A DNA stretch of 27,917 bases from a virus. Taxonomy: Duplodnaviria > Caudoviricetes. The notes below the pieces were generated by a model, which saw only the letters and a list, made by a program, of their open reading frames with translations, did not search any database and was not told where the DNA came from. The DNA lies in IMG/VR virus record IMGVR_UViG_3300010286_000009, positions 1-27,917 of that record. One strand, written 5' to 3'. The position numbers and the translations under genes are program-made. Shown here piece by piece: positions 24,522-27,917 of the stretch (its first letter is position 1; the number at the start of each line of letters is the position of its first letter).

Positions 24522-26747
24522 ATGTATCCGGTTACGAAACAGTACAAGGATATAATGCGTGCCCCTATTCGCGAAGCACAAGCTCACGCCACGGTATATT
24601 TCGGTATGTTTGACCGTACGGCAGCGCCAGATGCTACATTCGATTGGAGCGTGCCAGAAAGGTATGCGCAGCCTTTAAACATCAATAGCCGGAAGAATAT
24701 CACGGTAAGCTATGCGACTTTCGAGCCGAATCAGTTACGGCTTGATGGTAAGCAGATGTTGTTGCCAAGCAATACTACTCTGTGGCAGCCGCAGGGTTTT
24801 GTATCGTCTGTGGTATCTGGTGAGGGCGGATGGTTCGACCCAGCGCCATATATCGATATAGAGTTTTCAGTGCTGCATAGCATGGTCGGGCTAACCTTGC
24901 ATTTTGATAAGGCATATGACACTCCAGCGCAACTGACCGTGTTAAGTTACCGTAACAGCGAATTACTAAATGAACAAACGGTTACAGATGATATTCCGTA
25001 TGTCTTTATACAGGAATTTCTGCTTGAAGATGTGGACAGGCTCGTTGTTCGGTTTGACAAGGCGAGAAAGGCTGGAAGCAGGGCAAGGCTAAACCGGATA
25101 GAGTTTGGAATCGGATATACCTATTCGGACACTGACTTGATAGAGCTTTCCGAAAAGCATACGGGGAGCCCACTGTCTCTCACGTTGCCTACATCTTCCC
25201 TGATGTTCACTCTTTTTAACGAAGATGGACGCTTTGATGTGGACAGCGACACAGCTTTGCAGCGGTTCTTGGCCAGCGGGCAACGCGGTACGGTAGACTA
25301 TGGAATTGATGTTGGCGATGGCGTGGAAGTCATTCCTGGCGGTGAATGGACGCTTGCTTCATGGCGAGTATCCGGTACAACGGCTCAATTTACCATGGAA
25401 GATGCACTGGCAAGGCTTAACAAGACAACATACGAAACCTCAACGTTTGACGGTGAGGAGCACAGCCTGTATGAGCTGGCGCAAGCTGTTTTTGCGGATG
25501 CTGGATTGACTGCGAAGCACTATTACATTGACCCGTATTTGTCAAAAGTATTTACCCGTGCGCCATTACCAATAGGCACTCACGCAACATCCTTGCAGCT
25601 TATTGCCAATGCTGGAAGGTGCCGCCTGTACGTGGATAGGAATGGCGTAATCACGCTGGAACGGTTGATTGCTGATCTGATTCCAACTGCAAGCTCCGAC
25701 ACTATTCAGATGCCTTATAGTGATGCAGAGACGGCGACACAGCAAGACAATGCGATTTACGCTACCTTTGAGCCTGATTTTCTACGGTTGGATGGGACTC
25801 AATTATTGGTTCCTTCCGATGCAGATTATCGGGATGCAGGGTATACCGTTGAAACCGTATCTGATAGCGAAGGAAATTTCGCGCCGAACGAACTGATTCT
25901 TACTTACACTGACCCGACCAACGTATTCAGCGTTGAGGTAGATTGGGGTACATACCATCCTCCAGCAACTGCGAGATTGTCATGCCGAGTTGACGGAGTA
26001 TGGGGAAGCACAACCACGATTTATCCTAAAGCTCGAAAAGAAAGATATGCTGTATCGTTCCGACATTGCGATGCGGTCAAGCTGGAAATCCTGAAAGCAT
26101 CTGTTCCGGGGCAGCGCGCTCGTGTTCAGTACGTTACGACATCGATGATGTCTGACTTTGAACTTACCAAAGACCAGATATATGGAAATCCGAATGGCAG
26201 CATGGAAGCTAGGCTGCGGAATGTAGTGGCTGAATGGACGCTATTCAGTGCGGAAAGCACCGTCAGCGATATAGTTTCCGTGGATGTTGAAACCAATTCT
26301 GGGTGGGTAAAGATTAACCACGAGCTATGCTTAGAGCCTGAGATTACTGTTGATTCCGAAGATGTTGCAGTTGAAGAAATCCATTACGCTTATGTGTCTT
26401 ATATTCGGCTTACCTCTGATACCACGCAGACCGTGAAAGCCATTCTAACTGGAAAGAAAGTCAATACCGCAACGCGGACTGTAACAGCACATGGAAATGA
26501 TACGGGAGAAGATTTGGAAGTTCAGAATCCGTTGCTTGCTTCCGAATCGTTGGCGCAAGAAGTCGCCGACTGGGTCAGAGATTATTATATTGGGCGCGTG
26601 ATATACGAGAGCGACACCCGCGGATTTCCCGAATTGGATAACTACGACACGGTTTATATGTGGGACGGCGGGGCCGCAGTAATTAATAGTCTTGAGCTGA
26701 CTTACAATGGAGCGTTTAATCAAAAGCTCAAGCTAAGGAGGCGATGA
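24522..26747 (+). CDS. Baseplate hub/Tal-like tail protein with a duplicated beta domain
   Basis: YATFEPxxLRLDGxQ occurs twice; LQLIANAGRC, NPLL, RGFPELD. Confidence 0.75.
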   Translation: MYPVTKQYKDIMRAPIREAQAHATVYFGMFDRTAAPDATFDWSVPERYAQPLNINSRKNITVSYATFEPNQLRLDGKQMLLPSNTTLWQPQGFVSSVVSGEGGWFDPAPYIDIEFSVLHSMVGLTLHFDKAYDTPAQLTVLSYRNSELLNEQTVTDDIPYVFIQEFLLEDVDRLVVRFDKARKAGSRARLNRIEFGIGYTYSDTDLIELSEKHTGSPLSLTLPTSSLMFTLFNEDGRFDVDSDTALQRFLASGQRGTVDYGIDVGDGVEVIPGGEWTLASWRVSGTTAQFTMEDALARLNKTTYETSTFDGEEHSLYELAQAVFADAGLTAKHYYIDPYLSKVFTRAPLPIGTHATSLQLIANAGRCRLYVDRNGVITLERLIADLIPTASSDTIQMPYSDAETATQQDNAIYATFEPDFLRLDGTQLLVPSDADYRDAGYTVETVSDSEGNFAPNELILTYTDPTNVFSVEVDWGTYHPPATARLSCRVDGVWGSTTTIYPKARKERYAVSFRHCDAVKLEILKASVPGQRARVQYVTTSMMSDFELTKDQIYGNPNGSMEARLRNVVAEWTLFSAESTVSDIVSVDVETNSGWVKINHELCLEPEITVDSEDVAVEEIHYAYVSYIRLTSDTTQTVKAILTGKKVNTATRTVTAHGNDTGEDLEVQNPLLASESLAQEVADWVRDYYIGRVIYESDTRGFPELDNYDTVYMWDGGAAVINSLELTYNGAFNQKLKLRRR

Positions 26748-26751
26748 ATAG

Positions 26752-27174
26752 GTGGCTTGGCAAACGCCTAAGACTGACTGGAAAGTTACATACGATGCCA
26801 ACGGAAACTATCTAGGCGACTATTTTAACGCCGAGGACTATCAACGAATAAAAGGAAACCTGCAAGCTCTCCGAGAACTGGCTAGTGAACTGAATGTAAA
26901 TGTGACGTTGCCTGTGATTCCAGATATAACAGCCACTAGCTTGTTTTATGAAACGGTAATCAACGCTCTGGAAAGAGCTATTGACGCGATAGCTAACGCA
27001 ACAGTTGGAAGGCACTGGTTTGAAACCAAAACATGGTATGGTAACAATCCAGCTCCACTGGCCGAAGATTTGAACCGGATTGAAGGCGCTTGCTTGAGGC
27101 TATATAAGTGGATTCCGATTCAAGCAGCAGCCCGCAAGAAGTTAGCATTTACATTAGGAGGGGTACAATTTTGA
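26752..27174 (+). CDS. Tail-associated structural protein
   Basis: MAWQTPKTDW...DYQRIKGN...DLNRIE. Confidence 0.7.
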   Translation: MAWQTPKTDWKVTYDANGNYLGDYFNAEDYQRIKGNLQALRELASELNVNVTLPVIPDITATSLFYETVINALERAIDAIANATVGRHWFETKTWYGNNPAPLAEDLNRIEGACLRLYKWIPIQAAARKKLAFTLGGVQF

Positions 27175-27917
27175 GCCGAATTTTTTATGACCAGATACCG
27201 CCCGAAACTGGGCGAAGATATAGCATTACGGCTAACCCTGACGGGACATCTAGCATTACCGATGTGACGGAATACATACAAGAAGGCACTCCGTGGGGGG
27301 CAGCAGAGGCTAATGATGTAATGTTCAAGTCGGAGTATGACCCGTCTGGATATGGGCCGAGCTTCTTTCCTGTTACTGCCACATATGAAAACGGTGTATT
27401 CACCTTAATTGGATTGCCTGATTCTCTTCCAGACATATTCACCGTCCGTTTTAAGGCACCGGCTGACTATACCGATGGAGATACCTTCCTTATTGGTTCT
27501 ACTGAATTGACCGCCAAGTTGACAAATTTGGACAATGCCCCAGGAGAGATGTTTAAATCTGGCGCTGTTGTGACCATGGAAGTCGACATGGGGGTTGGAA
27601 CAGCTTTTTTTAAGTCGGGCGGTGGGGGCTTTCCTGATGGGTGGAGGGATGTCCGCACTGCCGAAGCGACGGAGGATATTGTGAAAAATCAGGCGATAAT
27701 GTATAGACAATATGCGGATATTGATGACGGATTGGAGGCAGTGCCAGACCCCTCTGTTCTGCCAGCAGACACGGGGCAGGGCTGTTCCTTTTCTCCTGAC
27801 GGAAACTACCTAGCAGTAGCGCACGACACCACCCCATTTGTTACCATTTACAAACGTAGTGGTGACACGTTTACTAAACTATCCAATCCCTCTGTTTTGC
27901 CAACAGGCAATGGGCAG
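27171..27917 (+). CDS. 3'-truncated tail fibre/receptor-binding protein with beta-propeller repeats
   Basis: AGGAGG RBS and TTG start; frame open to the window end. QEGTPWGA, VRFKAPADY, FFKSGGGG, SFSPDGNYLAVAH, repeated PSVLP. Confidence 0.8.
   Translation, partial: MSRIFYDQIPPETGRRYSITANPDGTSSITDVTEYIQEGTPWGAAEANDVMFKSEYDPSGYGPSFFPVTATYENGVFTLIGLPDSLPDIFTVRFKAPADYTDGDTFLIGSTELTAKLTNLDNAPGEMFKSGAVVTMEVDMGVGTAFFKSGGGGFPDGWRDVRTAEATEDIVKNQAIMYRQYADIDDGLEAVPDPSVLPADTGQGCSFSPDGNYLAVAHDTTPFVTIYKRSGDTFTKLSNPSVLPTGNGQ

Overview
The window is a 27.9 kb segment of a tailed, siphovirus-like phage or prophage. Shine-Dalgarno and sigma-A promoter style suggest a Firmicutes/Clostridia host (inference). 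From left to right it holds: accessory and replication genes (DUF6273-like/DUF551-like fusion, Dam-type methylase, YopX, CHC2 zinc finger, DUF927 helicase), a TGTACA-repeat candidate origin, and terS. A ~5.5 kb insert then separates terS from terL. It contains a minus-strand cassette (unknown ORF, type I-C CRISPR repeat-spacer-repeat unit, DUF3560-like gene, twister ribozyme, small ORF, stand-alone FtsK ATPase), then a divergent serine recombinase and a lipoprotein. After it come terL, a metallophosphoesterase under a promoter with tandem NrdR-like boxes, portal, a Com-like zinc ribbon, scaffold, capsid, head-tail genes, tail genes with a -1 frameshift, tape measure, baseplate and a truncated tail fibre. 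The most unusual content is non-coding: the ribozyme, the mini CRISPR unit, paired Com-associated attenuator hairpins, NrdR boxes, anti-SD hairpins and paired operators. All family assignments come from motif recognition by eye; no database search was run.
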